Source: Nitrospiraceae bacterium (GTDB lineage Bacteria; Nitrospirota; Nitrospiria; Nitrospirales; UBA2166). Taken from it: a stretch of DNA of 64,000 nt. The stretch covers positions 62,001 to 126,000 of the forward strand of contig PBSN01000007.1 in assembly GCA_002726235.1 (NCBI GenBank). Direction: 5' to 3'. The notes beneath the pieces were generated by a model. The model was not told the origin of the DNA. It worked only from the letters and a program-made list of their open reading frames with translations, and made no database searches. Made by a program: the position numbers and the translations under genes. Shown piece after piece: positions 19,654-29,019 of the stretch; the stretch's first letter is position 1, and every line of letters starts with the position of its first letter.

Positions 19654-20112
19654 ATGAAAGTATCAATCAAAGGGGAGTATGGCGTTATGGCCGTTCTGGA
19701 GTTGGCGCTCAATGGAAACCATGGACCGCTTCAGGTCAAGGTCATCGCGAAGAAACAGAATATTCCCCACCGTTTTCTGGAGCAGGTGATGAGTGCATTG
19801 AAACGCAATGGTTTGGTTCGTAGCATTCGAGGGGCACAGGGGGGGTATCTGCTCGCCAAATCGTCGGATGAAATCCTCCTTGGAGATATCATCGAAGCGA
19901 TTGAGGGTCCTGTCACTCCCATGCCGTGTGTGGGGAATGGAGCCGCGGGGACGTGTTGGCAAGAAACTGATCCGAAGTTGTGCGTGCTTCATGGTGTGTG
20001 GAGCGACGTGAAAGATTCAGTACTGAACGTGTTGAATGCGACGACTGTTCAGGATCTGTGCAATCGTATCCACGCGTTGAATGGTCAGCGTATTCTCATG
20101 TACCATATTTGA
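19654..20112 (+). CDS. Rrf2 family regulator (IscR/CymR-like)
   Basis: KGEYG, FLEQV and SIRGAQGGYLL; three Cys plus His; LMYHI terminus. Confidence 0.92.
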   Translation: MKVSIKGEYGVMAVLELALNGNHGPLQVKVIAKKQNIPHRFLEQVMSALKRNGLVRSIRGAQGGYLLAKSSDEILLGDIIEAIEGPVTPMPCVGNGAAGTCWQETDPKLCVLHGVWSDVKDSVLNVLNATTVQDLCNRIHALNGQRILMYHI

Positions 20113-20148
20113 TTTGCGGGTTTGCCCTTGGTTATTGGAGGTTCTGGT

Positions 20149-22593
20149 ATGGATGTACAGCAACCCACGTTGAAGGTTCCTGTTCCGGACGCGATTTTAG
20201 CTGAGATTGCCGGTTTTGAAGCCGAAGCCGAGAAAGTGAAACGGGGTGAACTGTCTGATGATGTGTTCCGGCCCTTTCGTCTGCAACATGGCATTTATGG
20301 GCAACGACAGGCTGGCTATCAGATGATTCGAGTGAAGATTCCGTTTGGTGGCCTCACCTCGACCCAAATGCGTTGCTTGGCGGCGCTCGTTGAGGAGTAC
20401 AGTTCTGGCATTGGTCATGTAACCACTAGGCAAGACATCCAATTTCATTTTGTTCCGCTCGACATGGTGGGAACGGTGATGCTTCGGCTTGCTGAGGTTG
20501 ATCTCACTACCAGAGAAGCATGCGGCAATACGGTGCGTAATGTGACCGCCTGTCCGTTGGCAGGAGTGTGCCAGGAAGAAGCATTCGATGTCACTCCCTA
20601 TGCGCTCACGGTGTCACGTCATCTTATGCGTAATGCGCTGAACCAGAGTCTCCCAAGAAAATTTAAAATTGCGTTCTCAGGGTGTGCAACAATGGATTGC
20701 GCTAAGACGATGATTCACGATATTGGCCTCTCAGCTATCCAAAAAGGTGATGGAACTCGCGGATTTCGCATGGTGGTTGGTGGAGGTCTCGGGTCGGCAC
20801 CTCGTTTAGCGAAACTTTTTCGAGAGTTTCTTTCGGTTGAAGACCTGATTCCCATGTGTGAAGCTGTCGTTAAAGTTTTCGATAATCACGGTAATCGGAA
20901 AAATCGCACGAAAGCTCGGATGAAGTTTGTAGTGACAAAGTTGGGCATTGATGAGTTTTTCCGTCAGATCGAAGCCGAATATGACGCGATCAAACAGGAG
21001 AGAAACGGATCGAGAGGGTATGATTTTCTGTCATATGCCGATGAGCCCTTCGTGGCCGATGTTCCGTTTTCGGTGAATGGAGGTCCAGGCTCCGGCGCTT
21101 CTCACGCGAATGGAGACGCCTCGGATGCGTTCGAGCGTTGGAAAAAGACAAATGTTATCCCACAGCGACAGCCTGGGTATAGTGCGATCACGTTGAAGCT
21201 TCCAACTGGTGACATGACTCCAACTCAGATACGGTTTGTGGCGGACCTGATCGATACCGAAGCAAATGGTAATATTCGAACCACTATTGGACAGAATGTG
21301 TTGATTCGTTGGATTTCGACAGCACGATTGCCTGAGATATATCCTAAACTTATTGAAGCTGACCTTGCTGATTCAGGTGCTCATCTCGTTGAGGATATTG
21401 TGGCCTGTCCAGGAACCGATACCTGTGGTCTTGGCATTACCTCTTCGAAGGCCTTGGCCCGGGCTTTGAAGGAAGTATTTCCTGCAGGAAACACGGGGGA
21501 CGATTTGACGGGAATGTCGATCAAAATCAGTGGATGTCACAACTCCTGTGCCCAGCATCACATTGCGACCATCGGGCTCCATGGCGTGACCAAGCGCTAT
21601 GGGGATCACATCGCGCCATTCTATGAAATGCATCTCGGTGGTTCATCTGGTGGTGACGGAGCGCGTATTGGACAAATGACCATCAAGCTTCCGTCTAGAA
21701 ACGTTTCGAGAGCGATTACACATCTGGTGGGATTGTTTCGACAGGAACGTCAGAACGAGGAATCGTTCCCGCAGTATCTCGATCGTGCGGGCAAATCCAA
21801 ACTTAAACAGGCACTGATCCCGTATTCGATCATTGGCAACTTTGACGAGACACCTGAATACTTTTATGACTGGGAAGCGAAGTCTGAGTTCAGTATCGTT
21901 GATCTTGGTCCTGGGGAATGTGCGGGTGGCGCGTTAGAGATGATTACCGATGGGATTTTGGAAGCCGACCAAGAGTTGTATCAAGCAGAGACACTGGCCC
22001 AAAGTCAACAATATGCCATGACGGTTAATAAAGCCTATCGGGCTGTGTTGGCAGCAGCAAAAGCGTTGCTGGTGACTGAAGGGATCGAACCTGCGACCGA
22101 TCTGCAGACGTTTGGAGATTGTGAGGCGCGGTTGATTAAAACTGGCGTTCTTCCTGCAGAATTTTCGGAGCATCTTGCGATCATCAGGGCACTCAATGAT
22201 AGTGATAAGAAACCGACGGTCGCATTTGCCGAAGAAAAACTTCGAGTGGCAAAATTGTTTGTTGAGGCATGCCGTTCAGCCTTGGAAGGGATTGGTGAGG
22301 ATTTGAAGTTAACCAAGGGTGAAGACATGGGTGATATTGCCTCTGCTCCACCAGCACTGGATGTGGGTGACGATATCGCGCTACTGGATTTGCGTGGGGT
22401 GAAATGCCCGATCAACTATGTGAAAACGAAGCTTCGTTTAGAAATGATGGATTCGGGTGAACGCCTGGCTGTCTTTCTTGATGACGGAGAGCCAATTAGA
22501 AATGTGCCAGCAAGTCTAAAAAATGACGGTCATACTGTCCTATCGCAAGAACCTATTGACGAATATTTCAAACTGGTGGTGGAGAATGCTTAA
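20149..22593 (+). CDS. sir: Siroheme sulfite reductase (Sir/NirA family) with HEPN-like and TusA-like C-terminal domains
   Basis: GIYGQRQ, TTRQD, LPRKFKIAFSGC, CPGTDTC and SGCHNSC; C-terminal LDLRGVKCPIN TusA motif; GGAGG RBS. Confidence 0.88.
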   Translation: MDVQQPTLKVPVPDAILAEIAGFEAEAEKVKRGELSDDVFRPFRLQHGIYGQRQAGYQMIRVKIPFGGLTSTQMRCLAALVEEYSSGIGHVTTRQDIQFHFVPLDMVGTVMLRLAEVDLTTREACGNTVRNVTACPLAGVCQEEAFDVTPYALTVSRHLMRNALNQSLPRKFKIAFSGCATMDCAKTMIHDIGLSAIQKGDGTRGFRMVVGGGLGSAPRLAKLFREFLSVEDLIPMCEAVVKVFDNHGNRKNRTKARMKFVVTKLGIDEFFRQIEAEYDAIKQERNGSRGYDFLSYADEPFVADVPFSVNGGPGSGASHANGDASDAFERWKKTNVIPQRQPGYSAITLKLPTGDMTPTQIRFVADLIDTEANGNIRTTIGQNVLIRWISTARLPEIYPKLIEADLADSGAHLVEDIVACPGTDTCGLGITSSKALARALKEVFPAGNTGDDLTGMSIKISGCHNSCAQHHIATIGLHGVTKRYGDHIAPFYEMHLGGSSGGDGARIGQMTIKLPSRNVSRAITHLVGLFRQERQNEESFPQYLDRAGKSKLKQALIPYSIIGNFDETPEYFYDWEAKSEFSIVDLGPGECAGGALEMITDGILEADQELYQAETLAQSQQYAMTVNKAYRAVLAAAKALLVTEGIEPATDLQTFGDCEARLIKTGVLPAEFSEHLAIIRALNDSDKKPTVAFAEEKLRVAKLFVEACRSALEGIGEDLKLTKGEDMGDIASAPPALDVGDDIALLDLRGVKCPINYVKTKLRLEMMDSGERLAVFLDDGEPIRNVPASLKNDGHTVLSQEPIDEYFKLVVENA

Positions 22594-23320
22594 AGAAATG
22601 GATGCACAAACAGTGAACACAAAAGAAGCGGAATACGATGCCCTCAATACCAAATCAGCGGAAGATGTTTTGCAGTGGGCCTCTGAGACGTTTAGCGATC
22701 GAGGTGCGCTTATGTCGAGTTTCGGGCTCGAGGATGTTGTCCTCATCGATATGATGGCCAAGATCAATCCCAAGGCACGTATCATTACCTTGGACACCGG
22801 GCGACTGAATCAAGAAACCTATGATGTGATGGATAAGATACGAGACAAGTACGGCGTCTCCATTGAGGTGATGTTTCCCGATGCGGAGAAGGTGCAAGCA
22901 ATGGTACGAACCAAAGGGATGAACTTGTTCTACCATTCTCTTGAGAACCGCAAGGAGTGTTGTCGGATACGGAAGGTTGATATTCTCAACCGTTCGCTTG
23001 CCGATTTGGATGCGTGGATTACCGGGTTGCGCCGTGCCCAGGTCGTGACGCGAACCGAGACCAAAAAAGTCGAGATTGATCATGATCGCGGAGGAATGGT
23101 CAAAATAAACCCCATTGCTGATTGGGCGGTGAATCAAGTCTGGGACTATATTAAAGCCAACCATGTTCCGTTCAATGTTTTGCATGAGCGAGGGTATCCA
23201 TCAATCGGATGTGCTCCCTGTACTCGTGCGATCTCGACTGGTGAGGATTTGCGGGCCGGGAGATGGTGGTGGGAGCTTCCGGAACATAAGGAATGTGGTC
23301 TTCACGTGCAATCGCCCTAA
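22586..23320 (+). CDS. cysH: APS/PAPS reductase, Fe-S (APS-type) CysH
   Basis: SFGLED, LDTGRL, CCRIRK, GYPSIGCAPCT, RAGRWWW and ECGLH. Start 22586 or 22598. Confidence 0.93.
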   Translation: MLKEMDAQTVNTKEAEYDALNTKSAEDVLQWASETFSDRGALMSSFGLEDVVLIDMMAKINPKARIITLDTGRLNQETYDVMDKIRDKYGVSIEVMFPDAEKVQAMVRTKGMNLFYHSLENRKECCRIRKVDILNRSLADLDAWITGLRRAQVVTRTETKKVEIDHDRGGMVKINPIADWAVNQVWDYIKANHVPFNVLHERGYPSIGCAPCTRAISTGEDLRAGRWWWELPEHKECGLHVQSP

Positions 23321-23388
23321 CGAACTTTTCCGTATTGTATTTTAAAACAAAAGATAGTGTGCTTAGTGTCATTACATAAAAACGAGGT

Positions 23389-23895
23389 ATGGACGTGGAA
23401 AATATGACGGCAGAAAATATGAAAATAGACAAATGGGAATCTCAGAATCATGGTGGAAGCCCAACGACCAATGAAAGCAAGAAATATGCAATTTTTGTTG
23501 GGCGCTATCAACCGTATCATCAGGGACATACCTCATTGATCATGCAAAAAATTAAGCAGGGAATTCCGGTATTAATCATGGTACGAGACATTGCTCCTGA
23601 TGCAAAAAATCCTTTTACAACAGAGCAAACGGTTGAGATGATTGAAAAATTTCATTCAGATCACGGCCATGACGTGAAGGTCATGATCATCCCTGATATT
23701 GAAAGCGTGAACTATGGGAGAGGCGTTGGATATGAAATCAATGAATTTACTCCGCCTGAAGACATTGGGTTTATCTCAGCAACAAAGATCAGACAATCCA
23801 TTAAAGATTCCAATGATGATTGGAGACTATTAGTTGATGAATCGATTCAGGCGGATGTAGAAAGGCACTTACTGGAAAGTGACGTAGAACTATAG
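23389..23895 (+). CDS. Small HIGH-superfamily (cytidyltransferase-like) nucleotidyltransferase; candidate minimal ATP sulfurylase
   Basis: FVGRYQPYHQGH, KNPFT, PDIESVNYGRGVGY and ISATKIR. AT-rich relative to its neighbours. Confidence 0.8.
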   Translation: MDVENMTAENMKIDKWESQNHGGSPTTNESKKYAIFVGRYQPYHQGHTSLIMQKIKQGIPVLIMVRDIAPDAKNPFTTEQTVEMIEKFHSDHGHDVKVMIIPDIESVNYGRGVGYEINEFTPPEDIGFISATKIRQSIKDSNDDWRLLVDESIQADVERHLLESDVEL

Positions 23896-23906
23896 AAATA
23901 AAAAAA

Positions 23907-24962
23907 ATGTACGCTGTGCCTCTCGATGAGATCATCGCGAAGGTGAGCCAAGGCCCGCGAGCTTCGAAAGATCTTACGTGGGGTGAGGCGAAAGCTGTTA
24001 TGAAAGGGGTTGTTGAAGGCCGTGTGACCCCATTTCAAGTTGGCGCATTAGCTGTTGGTCTGCGGATCAAAGTCGAATCAGTAACCGAGTTAGCGGCATT
24101 TGCCAGTGCTGCCCGCGATTACCTCTCGGCAACTCCGTTTCCTGACGATATCGGGCTTCTTGATGTTCCCACCTATGCACGGGAACGGACGATCCGTTCG
24201 ATGCTTGTTCCTGCGGCCATAATTGCCGTTGCGTGTGATGTCCCAGTGCTGATGCATGGGTGTGAGTCGCGTGGGTCATCTTGGAACACCGGTAGCACCT
24301 TACGGGCATTAGGCGTTCAAGCCGATGGGCACATGGCTGTGGCGTCTGACATGGTAAGGAAAACAGGGTTTGGGTATCTTGATATCGCGCTGTTTCATCC
24401 ACCGATGAGTCGTTATCTTGATTTTGCGGAAAAGCTTGGGTCCACATCATTTTTCCATCCCGTTGCTTGTCTGCTGAATCCTGGACGTGCAAAGCGGCAT
24501 CTCATTGGTATGTCTTCCGGACAGTATTTTGACAAGTTGGGGGAGACTCTTCGCATGCTTGGCTGTGACCATGGTTTGGTTGTCCAAGGGCAAGACGGTG
24601 AACCTGAACTTTCGATGATTCGGTTGCTGCGTACGTTCGAGGTGAATGCATCAATGAGTAGACCTTACGCAATGCGTCCTGCAGATTTTGCACTTTTATC
24701 GGGGACGGCTCGTGACTTTGCAATTGAAAGCGTTCAGGCAGAAGCGGCAGACATTGAACGGTTGTTGCAGAATGAGGTCACTGGAATCCGCACTGATGGG
24801 GCAGTGTTGAATGCTGCGACCATGCTGTATTTAGGTGGAAAGGCCGCCACCATTCAAGAAGGGATCCCCGTGGCTCGTGAAGCGCTTCGATCTGGTGCGG
24901 CGCAAGAGGCGTTTGTCAAGATTCGAGACGTCGAACTGTCAGTCGATAATAACGCAAGGTAG
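23907..24962 (+). CDS. TrpD-like / YbiB-like glycosyltransferase family 3 protein
   Basis: DLTWGEAK, QVGAL..LRIKVES..ELAAF, LLNP and LNAA. Lacks the GTGGD PRPP loop. Confidence 0.75.
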   Translation: MYAVPLDEIIAKVSQGPRASKDLTWGEAKAVMKGVVEGRVTPFQVGALAVGLRIKVESVTELAAFASAARDYLSATPFPDDIGLLDVPTYARERTIRSMLVPAAIIAVACDVPVLMHGCESRGSSWNTGSTLRALGVQADGHMAVASDMVRKTGFGYLDIALFHPPMSRYLDFAEKLGSTSFFHPVACLLNPGRAKRHLIGMSSGQYFDKLGETLRMLGCDHGLVVQGQDGEPELSMIRLLRTFEVNASMSRPYAMRPADFALLSGTARDFAIESVQAEAADIERLLQNEVTGIRTDGAVLNAATMLYLGGKAATIQEGIPVAREALRSGAAQEAFVKIRDVELSVDNNAR

Positions 24963-24970
24963 CGGACATT

Positions 24971-25741
24971 ATGCAGGCATGGCTTGGTCAATCAGGTTTT
25001 CTCGGAACTCACGGAACGTTTGGTGCCGATCTGAGTTTTATCTTGGCAGTGGTTTTTACGCTGCTATTTCTGTGGGGTTGGGTTCTTGCGCGGAACCGCA
25101 AAGGGAGCCACCACCACATTGTCACTCTGTGGGCTATGGTTTCGATGATCGTCTACTTCGCAGGCTATTATTTTGCGCGGAACTTAGGTGTTCTGGCGGT
25201 TGAAGGCAAGGAAGGCTTCGGGGGATCTGACGAGTTGTACAACAACGTATTCCTCCCCATTTTGACCGCCCACATTACGGTTGTGGCGTTTGGGTTGATT
25301 ATGGCGATGTACATGATCATTCTCGGTTTTCGTGTAGCAATCACGGTTAATGGCGAGCGTGTGTTGAGAGACGCAAAACTTGTACTAACTTGGCGGGGTG
25401 CCGTGAATGTTGTTTTATGGTCGTTGGGAATTTTTGCGCTGATTTTTGGCACCATTCGGTTGGGGAAGGGAGAATTCACGCTGAGTTGGGGGTTATTTGT
25501 TGTATACCTTGTCGGTTTCATCATCGTGCTCGCGGTGTTGATGATTGAGAAGATTATCGAACGAATTTGGCCAGATGGCTCGCGTCGTCACCGCATGCTT
25601 GGGCGTTTTACCATGACTTTGTTTGTGATTGTGTTGATTACTAGCACGGCTACCTACGTCATGCTCTATATACTGTATCCAGCCAAGGTCGAAATTCTAT
25701 CGCATGAGGCTATGTATGCTGTTGAGCTCGCTGCAAGTTAA
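24971..25741 (+). CDS. DUF420 family membrane protein
   Basis: Multi-TM; HH..LW, FGG..LY..FLPIL.AHI, HRMLGR and YVMLY. Confidence 0.75.
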   Translation: MQAWLGQSGFLGTHGTFGADLSFILAVVFTLLFLWGWVLARNRKGSHHHIVTLWAMVSMIVYFAGYYFARNLGVLAVEGKEGFGGSDELYNNVFLPILTAHITVVAFGLIMAMYMIILGFRVAITVNGERVLRDAKLVLTWRGAVNVVLWSLGIFALIFGTIRLGKGEFTLSWGLFVVYLVGFIIVLAVLMIEKIIERIWPDGSRRHRMLGRFTMTLFVIVLITSTATYVMLYILYPAKVEILSHEAMYAVELAAS

Positions 25742-25820
25742 GCCTCAGAAATGGTGTCTACGTACCAGTGGGATTTCGCGACTTGAATTTGATTGATCAG
25801 ACTAGTATTGACTATGGAAT

Positions 25821-26690
25821 ATGATGGTTACTGAGTATGAAGCCAAATCTATTCTGACTCCCACTGGAGGATTTCTTACTGGGTTTTCCCACACGCTTAA
25901 TCCTTACGTGGGTTGTTCCTTAGGGAGAAGTCTGTGTGGCATGGCATGTTATGCGTCAGAAATGCGGTTTGCATCCTGCGAAATGCCTCACTGGGGACAA
26001 TCGTTAAAGGTAAAATTAAATGCGGGGTCATTGTACCGGCGTGATCAGGCGAGAGCACGACAAAAGGGAGAACCGCTCTCAATTTTCATGTCGAGTGTGA
26101 CAGATCCCTATGTGCCGCAAGAACGACGCTATCGTATTACTAGAGGGGTTCTTTCGGAAATGCTGGAGTCGCCGCCAGATATACTGGTGATTCAGACTCA
26201 TACGCCAAATGTGCTTTGGGATGTTGAGACCTTGTATCGCCTCCACAAGCAATGTTATTTGACGGTGCAGATTAGCATTGAAACCGATCAGGAGACGCTT
26301 GCAGGTTTTCCACGACATGCCTATTCGGTTTCTGCGCGATTAGCTGCACTGCGTGAATTGACGAAGGCTGGTTTGAAGACTGTTGGGGTAGTAAGTCCAC
26401 TTCTTCCATTGGCGGAACCGGAATTGTTTGCAGCTTGTCTCGGTGAGGCGGCATCGGCGGTGATTCTTGACCACTACCTGATTGGTGATGGAAGTCCTAA
26501 TGGCATGCGTACTAGAAGAAAAAAGCCCTTTCACTACCTGCCTGTCCCCGAGTTAATTGCGGAGGCTGATTGTGATGCTTGGAATACGTTGGGAAAATTT
26601 TACCAAGTGGTGGAAACTTTTCAGAGAATCTTAGGCAGTGATCGTGTCGGCGTGAGTGCGGAAGGTTTCCAGGCGATGGCAGGAAATTGA
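25821..26690 (+). CDS. Radical SAM protein, spore photoproduct lyase (SplB)-like
   Basis: KSILTP, TLNPYVGC..CYA, VKLNA, FMSSVTDPY.P.E and VSPLLP. Confidence 0.8.
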   Translation: MMVTEYEAKSILTPTGGFLTGFSHTLNPYVGCSLGRSLCGMACYASEMRFASCEMPHWGQSLKVKLNAGSLYRRDQARARQKGEPLSIFMSSVTDPYVPQERRYRITRGVLSEMLESPPDILVIQTHTPNVLWDVETLYRLHKQCYLTVQISIETDQETLAGFPRHAYSVSARLAALRELTKAGLKTVGVVSPLLPLAEPELFAACLGEAASAVILDHYLIGDGSPNGMRTRRKKPFHYLPVPELIAEADCDAWNTLGKFYQVVETFQRILGSDRVGVSAEGFQAMAGN

Positions 26691-26822
26691 AATGAAGCAT
26701 GGAGATGCAATGCTAAATAATGAATGATGAATGGTGAAAGAGATGAGTAGCAGTGACAATGATCTTGGACACTCATTATTTATCATTATGAGTTTTGCAT
26801 TTCAGTCACCGGTGGCCTGTCC

Positions 26823-27416
26823 ATGGATGTGAAACAGGCGCTGGTTCGCGCTTTCGTTGAAACTGGTGCGTTTCAATGGGACAAGTCGAGTCCATTTGTT
26901 CTCGCATCGGGGGTGAAGAGTGAGTACTATGTTGATTGTCGCCGCTTTCTTTCTGATCCGGCCAACTGTCTCTTGGTTGCCGAGGCGGCTTATTCTTTAG
27001 TGTCGTCACTAGGAATTACTGCCGTTGGGGGACTGGTGCTTGGCGCGGTGCCGTTTTCAACTAGTCTTGCGATCGTTGCGCATCAGAGGAGTAGTGGGAA
27101 TGAGCATTGGCGCACTTTCATGGTTCGCAAAGAACCAAAAACATATGGACTTGGAAATCTCATTGAGGGAGATCTTCGTTCAGGCGATCAAGTATTGATT
27201 GTGGATGATGTATTGACCAGCGGAAAGTCTATTGGTTGTGCGATCGAATCCCTCATGCAGTCCGACCTCGATGTCTGTGTGAATCATGTGCTGGTCATTG
27301 TGGATCGTCAGGAGCAAAACGGACGTCAGCAGCTTGAACAACAGTATGGAGTCAAGAGCCACAGTATTCTGATGCTTGATGAGCTCAAAGCGGCTCAGAT
27401 TATGCTCAGGCCATGA
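26823..27416 (+). CDS. pyrE: Orotate phosphoribosyltransferase
   Basis: FVLASGVKSEYYVD, VRKEPK.YG and LIVDDVLTSGKS. Confidence 0.92.
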   Translation: MDVKQALVRAFVETGAFQWDKSSPFVLASGVKSEYYVDCRRFLSDPANCLLVAEAAYSLVSSLGITAVGGLVLGAVPFSTSLAIVAHQRSSGNEHWRTFMVRKEPKTYGLGNLIEGDLRSGDQVLIVDDVLTSGKSIGCAIESLMQSDLDVCVNHVLVIVDRQEQNGRQQLEQQYGVKSHSILMLDELKAAQIMLRP

Positions 27417-27525
27417 GACTCTTTTGCACCTTAACAAGGTATGTTGCTGACCTTGAGAGGGAGGCGAAGCTTTTTGATGGCAGGGCCATGCCTAACTCAT
27501 GTCATTGGTAAAAATGACGGATTTC

Positions 27526-27555
27526 TTGACAATAAAAAGTGATCTTTAGTAGAGT
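27526..27555 (+). promoter_or_regulatory. Sigma70 promoter upstream of the atp operon
   Basis: TTGACA-18nt-TAGAGT in an AT-rich context. Confidence 0.5.
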
Positions 27556-27812
27556 GCGCAGCGTTTTTGGATCCCTTCATGGGACTTGCCTTCAGCGATC
27601 AACTCTACATCTCAAGCAGGGGTGGGTGGTCGATCGTTTTTTGCGGTCGGCGTGGTTCCCGTGGGGATGCTATGGGCAGGGTTTCGGGGTTTGGGAATCT
27701 AAAGCGATCGTTTTTTTGCAAGCCAGTTTTTCCTTACACATGGGAAGCATGTTTAGCTCTTTAGCTTAGTGGGGATGCTTGTTTGGATGTGTGTACGGGA
27801 AAAGGGGGTGGT

Positions 27813-28259
27813 GTGAGTGAAGGGAGCAGAAAGATTGTTTTCAAAGTTTGGCCAGTGATTCGATATCATCTCCTTGGGGCATTAGTTCTTGCCGGGGTTC
27901 TTCTTTTTTTCGGATTGCCCAATGCGGGCTTTAGTCTTCTCTTTGGCGCGGTCTTAGGCACCATCAACGCTGCGGTGATGGCGAAGCGGTTGGATGACTC
28001 CGTCGCGCTAGTTTCAGGAAAACAGAATTTATATCTATATGTTGGGATGGCTTCTCGGTTTTGTCTTGTTTTAGCGCTAATGGGAATGGGATTTTATTTC
28101 TTTCAACTTCATATAGTGAGCCTGCTCTCTGGTTTTCTTCTTTTCCAGATTATGTGCCTTTTTGTTCTTTGGAGAGAGGCTAGGGAACCAGTTCCTGAGA
28201 AAAGCATAAAGCACGGTTGCACCGTGAGTGTTCAGCACGAGGGATACTTAAAGAGATGA
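27813..28259 (+). CDS. atpI: ATP synthase protein I
   Basis: Four-TM protein directly before atpB; start uncertain. Confidence 0.7.
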   Translation: MSEGSRKIVFKVWPVIRYHLLGALVLAGVLLFFGLPNAGFSLLFGAVLGTINAAVMAKRLDDSVALVSGKQNLYLYVGMASRFCLVLALMGMGFYFFQLHIVSLLSGFLLFQIMCLFVLWREAREPVPEKSIKHGCTVSVQHEGYLKR

Positions 28260-28975
28260 CCGGAGAAAAACATGGTGTGGCCGAACATCTTGAGCATTCG
28301 GAGTGGGTGCCCCCGTTTCTCGGCTATGCCGTTCATCTTGATACTTTTTTGATGACCGGGATTGTCGTAGGGTTCTTGATCGTCATTCTCTTCTTGCTTA
28401 TGAGAAGCTTGCATGATGGTGCTCCAACTGGGCTTCAGAATTTCTTGGAGGTTGTTGTTGAATTTATCGAAGATCTCGTCAGGGAGAACCTCCCTGTCTA
28501 TGTTTCTTGGGTGACGCCTCTCGCTCTCACGCTTTTTATCTTTATTTTGTTGGGAAACTGGCTTGGTGAAATCCCTGGGATGCAATCTCCAACAGCCGAC
28601 ATTAACACGACGGTCAGTCTTGGTCTCATTTCTTTCACCTTACTACTGTATTTTAGCTTGAAGCATAAAGGACTTGGCTATTTTTCTGAGTTTTTATTCC
28701 ACCCGTTTGGCAAATGGTTCATTCCGGTCAATCTTTTTATGAAAGTTATCGAGGAAGTGGCAAAGCCAGCAAGCCTCTCCCTGCGGTTATTTGGCAATAT
28801 GTTTGCTGGGCATGTGGTGATTCTCTTAATTGCTTATATGATTCCTTGGTATTTGAATTGGGCTGTGGGGGTTGTATGGTTGGGTTGGCATCTGTTCGTT
28901 GGCCTTATCCAAGCTTTTGTCTTTACCATCCTAACCGTGGTGTATATCGCGATCGGACAGCAAAAAGAACACTAA
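28256..28975 (+). CDS. atpB: F0 subunit a
   Basis: PTGLQNFLE, PTADINTT, SLSLRLFGNMFAG and QAFVFTILT. Confidence 0.95.
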   Translation: MTGEKHGVAEHLEHSEWVPPFLGYAVHLDTFLMTGIVVGFLIVILFLLMRSLHDGAPTGLQNFLEVVVEFIEDLVRENLPVYVSWVTPLALTLFIFILLGNWLGEIPGMQSPTADINTTVSLGLISFTLLLYFSLKHKGLGYFSEFLFHPFGKWFIPVNLFMKVIEEVAKPASLSLRLFGNMFAGHVVILLIAYMIPWYLNWAVGVVWLGWHLFVGLIQAFVFTILTVVYIAIGQQKEH

Positions 28976-29019
28976 ATGATTCGTTAAGGCGATCAATTAG
29001 TCAATAAGGAGGGTGAATC

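Noticed and set aside
27539..27769. Small ORFs as atpZ
   Set aside because: No TM pattern; one begins inside the promoter. Treated as leader sequence.
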